Of a stretch of 64,000 nt of DNA, positions 28,556 through 38,582 are shown in pieces. This stretch comes from a virus. The notes beneath the pieces are model-generated. The model made no database searches and was not told the origin of the DNA. It saw only the letters and a program-made list of their open reading frames with translations. Each line of letters starts with the position of its first letter. Position 1 is the first letter of the stretch. The translations under genes and the position numbers were made by a program. The stretch is taken from the IMG/VR virus record IMGVR_UViG_3300050144_000109, positions 64,001 to 128,000 of that record; one strand, written 5' to 3'.

Positions 28556-30658
28556 ATGGCATCGACCACGATTTTAAATGCCGCGCCAATGACCATCATG
28601 CGCGGTGTTCAGGACCTGTCTGCCCGTACGCTGAATGCGGACACGGACCAGATCCCGACCCACCTTCCGAAGGTGTACATCTACGCGGAAAAGGGACCTA
28701 CCTCCCCCCAGCTCGTGGCAGGTTCGTCGCGCACCAACATCTACGGCAGCAACACGTTTGATCTGCGCAAGCCCTATGCAAACCACCAGACCGTTCTCTC
28801 GAACGTGCTGGCTGGTGCTGGAAATGCTCAAATGATTGAGCGGATCCTACCCGGTGACGTGGGTCCTCGCTCCAATCTGTTGTTGTCGTTGGATGTGCTG
28901 CCGACTGAGATTGTTCAGTATGAACGCAATGCCAATGGTTCGATCCAGAAGGATCCTGTCACCGGTCTTCCAGTGCCTGTGGTGCCTGCAGCCACCATGC
29001 CCGGTTACAGTGTGAAGTGGGTCATCACGAACATCACGGACATTGCCGATGAAGAAAACTTCGGTAACGCGCAAGTGGGTCCTGGCGACCGTACGACTAC
29101 GGGTGTCGATCCGACGCAATCAACTCGCTACCCGATCCTTGAGCTGCAAGCTTCTAGCTACGGTCAAGCGTTCGACAACAGCGGTATTCGCCTGTCTGCT
29201 CCTACGGAAACTTCAGCTGTCCCGCTGAACGTGCATGCCATGGCTGGCACCACGACGTACCCGTTCCGTCTGAGCGTGATTCGCCGTGCTACTGCCAGCG
29301 ACACGCCGCGTCCGGTGGAAACCCAATTCGCAGAACAGTACATCGACTTCACGTTCAAGCCGGGCACCATCAACCCGATCACGGATGCTCGTTTCACGCT
29401 GTCGGACATCTTCCTCAAGAGCTATCAAAACATCGAAAACAATGGTTATCCGATTGACTTCGGTGACTTTGGCGCCATCAAGGTTTATGAGGACAACATC
29501 GGCGAACTGCTGCAAAGCTTCTACCTGTCAGAGTCCCTGGCTGGAGGAATGAACACTGACTTCTTGGGCGGTGCTGACGAGCAATGGCTGTTCAACTTTG
29601 TTAGTGGTATCTCGTCCAAGGGCGAGCCGTACTACACCTATGAGATCGACACTTCGTCGGAAGATTCAGTTCGTCTGACCGAGTCCACCAACCTGTTCGC
29701 CAAGGGTGGTTTTGATGGCACGATGACCGATGCTGACTTCGCTTCTGCTGTGGCGCAATCGGTGGCCGAATACGCCAACCCGAACAGTCCGCTGCTGAAC
29801 TCGGCTGTCAACGTTGAATCGATCATCTACGACACCGGCTTCCCGCTGGCCACCAAGCGTGAACTGTGCAAGTTCATCTCGGAGCGCAAGGACACCTTTG
29901 TGGTGCTGTCGACCTATGACGTCAACGGTGGCGACATGTCTGCTGCTGATGAGCACTCTGTGGCCATCGCACTGAAGACGTACCTGCAGATGTTCCCGGA
30001 ATCGGACTACTTCGGCACATCGACGATGCGTGGTCTCATCATGGGTCGTTATGGTTCGATGACCAGCTCACAGTACCAGAAGAAGCTTCCCCTGACAATC
30101 GAGCTGGCCTACAAGGCTGCCAAGATGATGGGTTCAAGCGACGGCAAGTGGCGTGAAGGTGCGGTGTTTGACCGTGCTCCGAACAATGAAATCTCGTTGT
30201 TCGAAAAGGTCAACGTCACTTACACTCCGGCTGCTGTGCGCAACAAGGACTGGACGCTGGGCCTGAACTGGGTGCAAGCCTTCAGTCGCTCGGAGCTGTT
30301 CTTCCCGGCTCTGAAGACCGTCTATGACGAGGACACTTCGGTTCTGAACAGCTTCTTTGTGGCTATGTGCTGTGTCGAGCTGCAAAAGGTGGGTGAGCGT
30401 GTCTGGCGTGAATACACGGGTTCAGTTCGTCTGACGAATGCTCAGCTCGTGGACCGGGTGAATAGCTCTGTGCAATCCAAGACCATTGGTCGCTTCTGCG
30501 ACATGTTCAAGGTGGTGCCTGCTGCTTACTTCACGGCTGCTGACACGCTGCGTGGCTACTCGTGGACGCTGCCGATCAAGCTGTACGCCAACAACATGGA
30601 AACGGTCATGACGCTGGATATCCAGACGTATCGCATGGCTGACTTCAATCGCACGTAA
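28556..30658 (+). CDS. Tail sheath protein (phiKZ gp29-like)
   Basis: 700 aa with PTHLP and YDTGFPL motifs; high-expression codon bias; directly precedes the tube gene. Confidence 0.88.
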   Translation: MASTTILNAAPMTIMRGVQDLSARTLNADTDQIPTHLPKVYIYAEKGPTSPQLVAGSSRTNIYGSNTFDLRKPYANHQTVLSNVLAGAGNAQMIERILPGDVGPRSNLLLSLDVLPTEIVQYERNANGSIQKDPVTGLPVPVVPAATMPGYSVKWVITNITDIADEENFGNAQVGPGDRTTTGVDPTQSTRYPILELQASSYGQAFDNSGIRLSAPTETSAVPLNVHAMAGTTTYPFRLSVIRRATASDTPRPVETQFAEQYIDFTFKPGTINPITDARFTLSDIFLKSYQNIENNGYPIDFGDFGAIKVYEDNIGELLQSFYLSESLAGGMNTDFLGGADEQWLFNFVSGISSKGEPYYTYEIDTSSEDSVRLTESTNLFAKGGFDGTMTDADFASAVAQSVAEYANPNSPLLNSAVNVESIIYDTGFPLATKRELCKFISERKDTFVVLSTYDVNGGDMSAADEHSVAIALKTYLQMFPESDYFGTSTMRGLIMGRYGSMTSSQYQKKLPLTIELAYKAAKMMGSSDGKWREGAVFDRAPNNEISLFEKVNVTYTPAAVRNKDWTLGLNWVQAFSRSELFFPALKTVYDEDTSVLNSFFVAMCCVELQKVGERVWREYTGSVRLTNAQLVDRVNSSVQSKTIGRFCDMFKVVPAAYFTAADTLRGYSWTLPIKLYANNMETVMTLDIQTYRMADFNRT

Positions 30659-30748
30659 GACAAAGAAGGGGTTAGAGGAGATAGTCTATTTCTCTAACCC
30701 TTTACTCTTGAATCAGTTTTTCTTCTTTTCGTTTTAAGGATTTTTAAA

Positions 30749-31621
30749 ATGCCTCGTCTTACTGATGCGTTACTGACTGGCCAGGCGCAAAGCCGTGGTC
30801 GTCAAGTGCCGTTGATTGACATCCAGTATGGTGGTCAGAACGGTTATGCGCCGAACATGGGTGAGTGGGCCAGTACCACCCACTACGTCCGTCGCAACTT
30901 GGTGTGTCTGCTGCTGGAAGCCCCCAAGGGTTTCAAGGACATGCCGGATCCCACCTTCTGGGTGTCGGCTCTGAAGTCCATGGTGGAAGTGCACGCCAAG
31001 TCGTGGGATGGTTTCACGTCCGGCCTGACGGTGGATGTCGGTGCTGAAACGGCTGTGGGTGGTGGTGGTGAGAAGTTCCATGACTTCACCAACGTGACCC
31101 GTGCACAGACTGTTCCTGTGGCAACCTTCACGGATTTGTATGGTCGCCCGATTCAGCAATTCCTGCATGACTGGATCACGTACCTGATCGCTGATCCGGA
31201 CACCAAGGTGCCAATGCTTTCGACGGTCTCTGGTAAGGCTCCTACGGACCTGCTGGCGGACATGTACTCGGCAACGATGCTGTTCTATGAGCCGGACCCC
31301 ACCCACACCAAGGTGGCCAAGGCTTGGCTGACCACCAACATGTACCCGAAGACGACCGGTGACATTCTGGGTAAGCGCGACCTGACGGCCGCTGGTGAAG
31401 CGCTGGAGCTGTCGGTGGAGTGGACTGGTCTGACCCAAACGGGCATGGGTGTGGTCAACTTCGCTCAGCAACTGGTGGACAACATCATCCTGACGAATGC
31501 CAATCCGAACCTGCGTCAAGCGTTCATGCAAGCCATTGACTCGGATGTGGACGGTAACTTCGCTGCTGCTTACCACGGTGGCGTGACCACCATTGGTGCT
31601 GAAGCTGTCCAGCCGAGCTGA
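30749..31621 (+). CDS. Tail tube protein (phiKZ gp30-like)
   Basis: 290 aa with GGQNG, LLEAPKGF and EPDPT motifs; follows the sheath gene. Confidence 0.85.
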   Translation: MPRLTDALLTGQAQSRGRQVPLIDIQYGGQNGYAPNMGEWASTTHYVRRNLVCLLLEAPKGFKDMPDPTFWVSALKSMVEVHAKSWDGFTSGLTVDVGAETAVGGGGEKFHDFTNVTRAQTVPVATFTDLYGRPIQQFLHDWITYLIADPDTKVPMLSTVSGKAPTDLLADMYSATMLFYEPDPTHTKVAKAWLTTNMYPKTTGDILGKRDLTAAGEALELSVEWTGLTQTGMGVVNFAQQLVDNIILTNANPNLRQAFMQAIDSDVDGNFAAAYHGGVTTIGAEAVQPS

Positions 31622-31643
31622 CCTTTGACTTAACGTCATAACT

Positions 31644-31691
31644 CTCCATCTACTCCTCAAGGGTTTAAAAGCCCTGAAGGAGTAGATGGAG
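31644..31691. terminator. Hairpin after the tail tube gene, flanked by CATA/TATG
   Basis: ctccatctactcc...ggagtagatggag followed by tctttatg. Confidence 0.7.
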
Positions 31692-31914
31692 TCTTTATGA
31701 AGTAAAAAAGAAAGCGGTTACTTTCTTTTGACCATCTGGCCCAGTCGTTCACATAAGTGACCGTAGCTGAGAATGCTGAGTGCAATCCAGTTGACGATGA
31801 CTATTGTGATTTTTTGAGATCGGGAAAGTTGGCACATTTGTTTTGTTCATGTTTGGGTGCAGCTTGCGAATTCCTTTTAAAGTTACTCGCAAGCTGCACT
31901 CATCAAAACAACGT

Positions 31915-32463
31915 TCAGCTGTTGTCCTTGAGGAAGGTTTCTTCTGCCAGCTTGGCCAGGAACTGGTGCGTCGGTGTCATCACACTGGTCGCACCTTTCA
32001 TGCCAGTGTTCACCATCTTGATGGTGGTGTATCCGTTCTTCACGATGTCCTTGCCACCGTCCTTGATGGCGGGGAACGTGCGCTGACGCTCGAAGGTGGC
32101 CTCCACATGACCGCCGATCAGGGATGCTTTCATGAAGGCGTCCTTGGTGCCCGGTTCACTGGCCAGGTACTCGAATGCCAACATACCTACGGCACGGGTG
32201 CTGGCAGACGCAAAGTCGTTGCCGTAGTTGATCGCGGCCTTGTAGGACTCTGGTGTCACATCGTCCGGCATGTTCTTGGTGAACACTTCCTTGTGGATGT
32301 TGAACTGGTTGCCGTCCTGGATGACGTCCGGCTTGATCTTCTCTGCCAGAGAGACGATGCTCTCCAGGCGCAACAGGTGCTTGGCCTTGGTGGCGGAAGC
32401 TTGTTCGACAGCGCTCTTTTGAGCGATTTCAGCTGCAGCAGGGTTGTTGTTGCTCGTGGTCAT
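31915..32463 (-). CDS. Hypothetical protein, probably highly expressed
   Basis: 182 aa, AGGAG RBS, codon bias like chmA. Confidence 0.8.
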   Translation of the reverse strand: MTTSNNNPAAAEIAQKSAVEQASATKAKHLLRLESIVSLAEKIKPDVIQDGNQFNIHKEVFTKNMPDDVTPESYKAAINYGNDFASASTRAVGMLAFEYLASEPGTKDAFMKASLIGGHVEATFERQRTFPAIKDGGKDIVKNGYTTIKMVNTGMKGATSVMTPTHQFLAKLAEETFLKDNS

Positions 32464-32499
32464 TTGTTCACTCCTAGTGGTTGTGGTTCGTGGATTTGG

Positions 32500-32838
32500 T
32501 CAGTACCGACGACCGTTGAACCCGCGGTCTTGGCTGTAGCTGTTGTAACCATTCGGCTGGTACTGCCTGGGTGCTTGCTGCACCTCTTCGATCACTTCGC
32601 ACTTCTTGAGGAGATGCTTTGTGATCACACGCACCTTGACATTGACGGCATCAGGCATGATGCTGCCAACGAGCAGGTACTTCTTTCCAGCAAACTCGTA
32701 CGCCACCTTGGTGATGACATCTGGGACTGCTAGACTGGTGTCGAGTTCACCCACACTGACAAGGGCTTCAAACCCTTGTCGGGACTGGTTGATGATGGTT
32801 TGGCTTTCGTAATTCTTGCCATTGAAAACGAGGATCAA
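32500..32838 (-). CDS. Hypothetical protein
   Basis: 112 aa, TTG start after AGGAG; first gene after a promoter motif. Confidence 0.7.
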   Translation of the reverse strand: MILVFNGKNYESQTIINQSRQGFEALVSVGELDTSLAVPDVITKVAYEFAGKKYLLVGSIMPDAVNVKVRVITKHLLKKCEVIEEVQQAPRQYQPNGYNSYSQDRGFNGRRY

Positions 32839-32867
32839 TTCGAGTACTCCTGTAGGTGATACACATT

Positions 32868-32895
32868 GATGATCTATGACTATAAAAATTTGGAA
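32868..32895 (-). promoter_or_regulatory. Putative phage early promoter motif
   Basis: TTCCAAATTTTTATAGTCATAGATCATC. Confidence 0.7.
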
Positions 32896-32900
32896 TGAGA

Positions 32901-33284
32901 TTACCGCAAACGCGCCAGTACAGATTCCAAACCTTTGAGACTATGTTGCTGGTCTTTGATTTGACTTGTGGTTTCCAGGATGAGTTTGTTGATGACAGAT
33001 TTGATGGTCTGTGCAATGTCTACGTAAAGATCCTGTTGCCTGCCGTACTGAATGTAAAAACGCAGAGGGTTTGTACCTTGTACGTCAATCTGAAGAGGTG
33101 CACTCAAGTTCATTTCTTTGATGAACTCTAGAAAGATCAAACTTCTAGTGTCGTCATCTTTTCGATTCCCTACAATTTGTAGATCAACCACACCAGATAT
33201 TTTAACAGCATCTACGCGGTCTGGTGTGAACAACAGCGCGGCAGCACTGGTGACAATGGTTTCTAAATCACAATACGAACTCAT
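32901..33284 (-). CDS. Hypothetical protein
   Basis: 127-aa ORF. Confidence 0.65.
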   Translation of the reverse strand: MSSYCDLETIVTSAAALLFTPDRVDAVKISGVVDLQIVGNRKDDDTRSLIFLEFIKEMNLSAPLQIDVQGTNPLRFYIQYGRQQDLYVDIAQTIKSVINKLILETTSQIKDQQHSLKGLESVLARLR

Positions 33285-33383
33285 GGAAATCTACCCTAAA
33301 CAAAAAAAAAGAATGAAAGACTAGACCATGAGCAAAAAAGAAGGGACTCTGCCGAATCCCCTCTCTTTCATTCCCCTACTAGC

Positions 33384-33632
33384 TCAAGCATTCAGGGAGG
33401 CAATGGCTGTGCGCGCTGTCTCCCAGCGAAACTGTTCCAGCTCTTCCGGGTTAGAGAAGCTGAAGTGGTGTTGCTCGCCTTGCTTGGTGAATACGGTCGC
33501 TACGTTAGGAGCGTAACGAATCTGTTCGATCTCGACGAAGTGGACGGACTTGGATTGCACCAGCCCAGTGCCCCACTTCATCTTGGATGGATGCAATTCC
33601 ACCTCGACGTTTCCTGCTGTGACTGTTTTCAT
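33384..33632 (-). CDS. Hypothetical protein
   Basis: 82 aa, GGAGG RBS, ATGA overlap. Confidence 0.7.
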   Translation of the reverse strand: MKTVTAGNVEVELHPSKMKWGTGLVQSKSVHFVEIEQIRYAPNVATVFTKQGEQHHFSFSNPEELEQFRWETARTAIASLNA

Positions 33633-34072
33633 TTCTGTTCCTCCGAGAACCTGCGACAGAAAGCGATGACCTTTTCCGATTTGGTGGTCATCGGACGAAG
33701 CCTACACATCTCGTCAATTTGTGTTTTCTGAATATGTGCAAGCCAAAACTTTTTCAGATCTTCCTCTTCAGTGAAAGGCATGTGCGGAATCGCACTGACC
33801 TTGAAGGCCATTGTAATACTTCTTCTACCAAGAATATCACTACTCCTGGTGACTCTGATCCCAAGCATCTCCTTGGAGAACTCGGCGATCATATCCAGTT
33901 TCAACTGGACGTCGTGGTCTTCATCTGTCTGGCGGATGATGGCATTTGCGAACCTGCCATCATCCGCAATCGAGACGATGAGGTCTGCCTCACCTCTCTT
34001 GAAGACTCTGGCAGAAATCCAGCGCAAGCACTGGATTTCATTGTAGTTCTTGATTTCTTTCTTTTCACTCAT
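33629..34072 (-). CDS. Hypothetical protein
   Basis: Likely start MSEKKE at 34072 after GGAGG. Confidence 0.7.
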   Translation of the reverse strand: MSEKKEIKNYNEIQCLRWISARVFKRGEADLIVSIADDGRFANAIIRQTDEDHDVQLKLDMIAEFSKEMLGIRVTRSSDILGRRSITMAFKVSAIPHMPFTEEEDLKKFWLAHIQKTQIDEMCRLRPMTTKSEKVIAFCRRFSEEQK

Positions 34073-34073
34073 T

Positions 34074-34475
34074 TCAAACCCTCCCAATCAGTGACGAGAT
34101 GTCTTCGAGTTCGTCTGAGGTCTCGCCAATGTGCCGTTGAAGGTTGGTGATCTTTGCCGTTCGCGCCATGATGGAGTTACGTATTGCGGCGTTGATGAGT
34201 GCGTCAACATCCTTCACTTCCGAAGAGCTCTTCCAGTCGGTAACACCCACTACGATTTTCTCATTCTCATGGATGATGAAGGCGTTTGCCACGAGGTTCA
34301 TCATCTCGACCCAAATAATCTTGATCGGTTTGAATGCTACACTGTGTTCAACTACTACCTCGAACATGTATTTAAACACAGACCCTTCGGGGTTTTCGAC
34401 TTCTTTGACTTCAGCACTAAAGCCTTTCATGAGGCGCTCGGTCCCTTGGACCAGGAGTTCTTGTTGCTTGTTCAT
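34074..34475 (-). CDS. Hypothetical protein
   Basis: 133 aa with AAGGA RBS. Confidence 0.7.
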   Translation of the reverse strand: MNKQQELLVQGTERLMKGFSAEVKEVENPEGSVFKYMFEVVVEHSVAFKPIKIIWVEMMNLVANAFIIHENEKIVVGVTDWKSSSEVKDVDALINAAIRNSIMARTAKITNLQRHIGETSDELEDISSLIGRV

Positions 34476-34539
34476 TTTGGTTCCTTCTTACTGGTTGCGC
34501 AAACAAAGAGTACTGAGAATTCAATACTCCATTCGTTAT

Positions 34540-34567
34540 TGTGATATGTGACTATAAAAAAATGCAA
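34540..34567 (-). promoter_or_regulatory. Putative phage early promoter motif
   Basis: TTGCATTTTTTTATAGTCACATATCACA. Confidence 0.7.
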
Positions 34568-34629
34568 GTAGATTTATAAGTAAGGGTGAGAAGACTGGAT
34601 CCACCCACCCTTACCTTGTCTGAATTACT

Positions 34630-35268
34630 TCAAGATGCCGCTAGGTTCAAAGCGTTGATCAACTTACCCATTGCGATGCTGGCACTGCGATTGGTCGAGT
34701 AGAACACTAAAATGAATGTAGGCTGACAGCCGTCAGTCACTATGCGCACATTGATGCTTCTGCCCAGGAGCCAGAAGTCAGTGACATCTTTGGCCTTGAA
34801 GTAGTGCGCCTTGCGGTCTTCCATCAGACCGTTCGGATAGCCTTCCAGTTTCACAAACCCAATGCAGTGGTTCTCGCCCGGTTTACCTTTAACCAATGAA
34901 ATAGGCGCCTCTTCTTTGACAGCCGGTTCTTCCTTTGCTGGGCGTTCGGGGGTATCTTCTCGGAACCGGATGTACATTCCGCTAGGGTACCCTCTGAGTG
35001 TGAGGTCGCCAATATAACGACTATCATTTAGCTTCATCCGAAGTTGTTCAGCAGGTCGCCCGGTGTCAGCGTTGTACTGGATCGAGTATTCAATTGCCGA
35101 GTAGTTGTTCGCATCCTTGATCCGAGCAATGTGAATCAGCGACGAGCCACTTAGAGTCTGGGTCAGTATCTCGTTGATTTCTTTGAACACTGGTCCATTG
35201 AGTTTGTCATTGTTCAGGAGGTCAGCGATGCTGGCACCAGTGAGAATCGGTTCGATTTCTTTAGACAT
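34630..35268 (-). CDS. Hypothetical two-domain protein
   Basis: 212 aa with its own promoter motif. Confidence 0.7.
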   Translation of the reverse strand: MSKEIEPILTGASIADLLNNDKLNGPVFKEINEILTQTLSGSSLIHIARIKDANNYSAIEYSIQYNADTGRPAEQLRMKLNDSRYIGDLTLRGYPSGMYIRFREDTPERPAKEEPAVKEEAPISLVKGKPGENHCIGFVKLEGYPNGLMEDRKAHYFKAKDVTDFWLLGRSINVRIVTDGCQPTFILVFYSTNRSASIAMGKLINALNLAAS

Positions 35269-35337
35269 GGTTCTTCTTTCTTATTTACTATTTAACTGTG
35301 CTTGCTTTGTAACAGGATATTGTTAGACATCCTAATC

Positions 35338-35365
35338 AATGATCTGTGACTATAATTTTTTGCAA
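35338..35365 (-). promoter_or_regulatory. Putative phage early promoter motif
   Basis: TTGCAAAAAATTATAGTCACAGATCATT. Confidence 0.7.
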
Positions 35366-35445
35366 TTAGAGCACTGACGGCATAAGACCCTGTTGCAATG
35401 GCCTCTTAAAGCCACGCAACAGGGTCTTAGACGAGTTTAAACGTC

Positions 35446-36075
35446 TCAGTAGGGGATAGCTTCCAGCAAGTCGAAGTAAGCCGCTTCAGCAGCGTTACGC
35501 GTCTTGTAGTAAAGCGAGATCTTCTTCTCGCCATAGTCGAAGTCAATCTGGGCAGGCACCAGCGGAGTCGCGCCATTGCTCTGAGCAAAGCAGTCGATGA
35601 AGACGATGTTGTCGATGAATGAGCGGCGCAGGTTGTACACCTTGCCGACGACATGTCCTGCGCCAACAACGTCGCCTACATTGGCGGTCTTCGGAATGGC
35701 TTCTTGACGAAGCTCAATCCACTGGTTGTAGCTAACGTCATGGTCATCTTGCGCCCGGATGTCTTCAGCAGCCTGGGTCAGCTCGCGCTTGCTGACGCCC
35801 ATGGTGATCCAAACGAAGCCTGGCGTGTAGTACGACACAGCTGTCATACTGTTGGCCAGGAACTGGTCCAGGCGAACCTTTGCGTCTAGGCCAATATCCT
35901 TCAGGCGAATGCGGTGCACGATGAAGTCGCCAGACGCCCAAACGCAAAGCTTAGTGGATTGATGGAAGGTGATGGCAATCTGCTTGGCGACAGCCAGATC
36001 AGCAGCGGGAGCGATCGAAAGTACGGTGGCTGCGAGATTGCCCGAGGTGGTCGGATACTTGATGTACGTGGTCAT
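35446..36075 (-). CDS. Hypothetical protein
   Basis: 209 aa with AAGGA RBS. Confidence 0.75.
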   Translation of the reverse strand: MTTYIKYPTTSGNLAATVLSIAPAADLAVAKQIAITFHQSTKLCVWASGDFIVHRIRLKDIGLDAKVRLDQFLANSMTAVSYYTPGFVWITMGVSKRELTQAAEDIRAQDDHDVSYNQWIELRQEAIPKTANVGDVVGAGHVVGKVYNLRRSFIDNIVFIDCFAQSNGATPLVPAQIDFDYGEKKISLYYKTRNAAEAAYFDLLEAIPY

Positions 36076-36165
36076 GTGAGATTCGAGTCCTTGTTTGGGA
36101 GAGAAGGTGAGTAGTGCGAGAAATGCTTTTGGTCTTGAAAACCGCTCACACTATTTGACGATGGT

Positions 36166-37020
36166 TCAAATCGTCTTTGTACTAACGTACTTCTTGCAGA
36201 TCCGGTTGAGTGTATTCTTTGCTTTTTGAAGACTACTGAAACTCAACTCAAATTCCTTGCTAAGCTGCTCGCTGAAGATGAGCAGCTGTATTCCAGCAGT
36301 TGTGGTATTTTCAATCCTGATGTTTGTTAAGGTGAGAAGTACCTCTTCTGGGAATACCGAGACTTCTCCGGTGTCAGACTGAATCTTGACAAACTTTGGT
36401 TTGTCTGAAAGAGTCTCTGTTTTAGGGATAGAGGCAGAGAACGGTTGGATAGAAAAGTCGCGACTGTGCCCAACGACATTGTTAAACGCATCGTCATTTG
36501 CCTGCGTTGTACTGTCTTCTAATTGTAGCGTAATCTTAACAGATTCAGATGATCCAGCGGATTCTGACAGATTAAAAATATACTTATCCGCACGAAGCTT
36601 TTCTACAACCTCTTCATAAGTCACGCCGTTCTTACCAGGGACACCCATCATTCCCATAGAGCCTGGAATGCAAATAACATCCGTCTGCGATATTTCAAAT
36701 GTGGTCCTGAGTTCATGGTTGCCAGAATAATTGGTCATGGCAATCTGAACATTCTGATTTTTCTTCAGGGTTTCTTCCCTGAGGAGAGCCACACTGTTAT
36801 GTGAGCCGGAGTCGTACGCGACCTCGTAGGTTCGGGTCCCTCCATTGAGGTCTGTTCGAACCTTGATAGAGTGTCCAGCAATGAATATCCTTTTAAGTTC
36901 GGAGATGAAACTAATCTCGCCATCAGACACTCCTAGGTTTTGAAATGCATTGACGCAAGATGCCAGGGTGCTGATAGAAAATGTCTGAAGCATTGTTGTG
37001 TATTTTTGTTCGGAAGACAT
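36166..37020 (-). CDS. Hypothetical protein
   Basis: 284-aa ORF. Confidence 0.7.
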   Translation of the reverse strand: MSSEQKYTTMLQTFSISTLASCVNAFQNLGVSDGEISFISELKRIFIAGHSIKVRTDLNGGTRTYEVAYDSGSHNSVALLREETLKKNQNVQIAMTNYSGNHELRTTFEISQTDVICIPGSMGMMGVPGKNGVTYEEVVEKLRADKYIFNLSESAGSSESVKITLQLEDSTTQANDDAFNNVVGHSRDFSIQPFSASIPKTETLSDKPKFVKIQSDTGEVSVFPEEVLLTLTNIRIENTTTAGIQLLIFSEQLSKEFELSFSSLQKAKNTLNRICKKYVSTKTI

Positions 37021-37061
37021 GAGAGAGAAGATCCCGGTGCTGTGGCTGATGAAGAGAGATG

Positions 37062-38009
37062 TTAGACCAAATGGTCTTTGAGGAAACGATTGATTCGTTT
37101 GTATGTTTTTAATTTAATCTCCGGGTCTTCAATATTAAACTCGATTGCATCTTTATTCTTCCTGTGAATCCAGATGCTATTCTCGCGCATTTCTACTATT
37201 TCAATGTCTTGGGCCATTGATTTAGTGAGTACGACTCTTTCCGAGTTCTGCTTAAGGTTTTTAACTATCTCGATGATTGAGGGGACCCTCCTTTTGCGTG
37301 CTATTTTTTTAGGAGCTTCTAAATCATCGATTACTTTTTGACTTTCAGCAGGAAGTAACATTAATTCTTTCTTGTTAATGACCAGGGTCTGTGAATCAGG
37401 ATAGACCACAGCGTGAACATCAGTGTCATCAAGCGCATCAAAGAACGATTTCAAATTTGAGATCTCTTGACCAGTGCCCTTGACTGTGAACGTGAGATTT
37501 GATCCAGTGCTGGATTTTTCACAAGTCACTTGAGTAGCTTCTGTGCAAAGCGCAAGCAGTATCTTGGCTGTGGACTTTGTCCAAGCATCACACTGGTCAG
37601 TAGACTGTGCGATTGTTTTTAGAATAGACATGGTCATGTTGTAATCTTGAGCTTTAGGGGCAGTGTCTTTCTTTGGATTTGGGATTATCTTTGAAAATGA
37701 AAACTGGTTACCGCCGAACACCAATGTCCAAGAAACGTACTCATACCGAGCGTAAATCTCCAATATGTCTTTGTATAGATATCCATTTAGATTCTTAAAC
37801 TTAAACGTAATTTCTTGGTAGTCATGGTTAACATCTTCCTGAGTGATTTCAACAACTCGTTCTTCAGGAGCCCCAAGGTGCTCTTGGTCTAAATATAAAA
37901 CAAACTCTGTTATGACGTTAACTAAACTTTTGTCATACGGAATATTACTCACCATGAAGTTGAGTAGGTTGCCGCGCATCAGCGTGATCGAAGTATGCGG
38001 TTTGGTCAT
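37062..38009 (-). CDS. Hypothetical protein
   Basis: 315-aa ORF with ATGA overlap. Confidence 0.7.
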   Translation of the reverse strand: MTKPHTSITLMRGNLLNFMVSNIPYDKSLVNVITEFVLYLDQEHLGAPEERVVEITQEDVNHDYQEITFKFKNLNGYLYKDILEIYARYEYVSWTLVFGGNQFSFSKIIPNPKKDTAPKAQDYNMTMSILKTIAQSTDQCDAWTKSTAKILLALCTEATQVTCEKSSTGSNLTFTVKGTGQEISNLKSFFDALDDTDVHAVVYPDSQTLVINKKELMLLPAESQKVIDDLEAPKKIARKRRVPSIIEIVKNLKQNSERVVLTKSMAQDIEIVEMRENSIWIHRKNKDAIEFNIEDPEIKLKTYKRINRFLKDHLV

Positions 38010-38245
38010 TTCATGGCTTCCAGTTGTGAGAGTATGGTCATCAGTTGTTCTTTCATCATTTCTGTTTTTCCAGCATAGTGACAGATTCCTTTCCGATCGT
38101 TTATGTTCCCCGGTGTAATGACAGCTTCACTGATCAATCCGATTTTAATTCCAAGATTAGTGATATCTTGTAAATTCTGCGCTAGTTCTACTGCGCATCT
38201 TTCTTGATCAGAAGACGCATCATCAACAAAGTAGGTTAATGCCAT
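38006..38245 (-). CDS. Hypothetical protein
   Basis: 79-aa ORF. Confidence 0.55.
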   Translation of the reverse strand: MALTYFVDDASSDQERCAVELAQNLQDITNLGIKIGLISEAVITPGNINDRKGICHYAGKTEMMKEQLMTILSQLEAMK

Positions 38246-38582
38246 TTTGCATTACGCTAAACAACACAGCGTGTGTTTAAAGCCCGACTTTGTTTACTGA
38301 AATAGACAATGCGCAATACCACCTAAGCATTTCTTCATGGCTAATCCCTTTTGACTAATGTGGCTATATGTGTGGATAATAAACAAAAAAGTGTTTCCTC
38401 TATCAATCTAATATTGAGAAGTTTTAAATTTATTTAACTATTGACGTCAGAAAAAAAGAAAGTACGTTCTGAACTATAATGGAGTTACCCACTACAAACA
38501 GAACGTACTTTCTTTAAACAATAGAGCGCAGCATAGAAAACACTAGCTCAAATACTTACAATAGTTCTTTAGAAGCCATGTT

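Noticed and set aside
30770-32733. 296-aa ORFs antisense to the tail tube and to 31915..32463
   Set aside because: Shadow ORFs of codon-biased genes.
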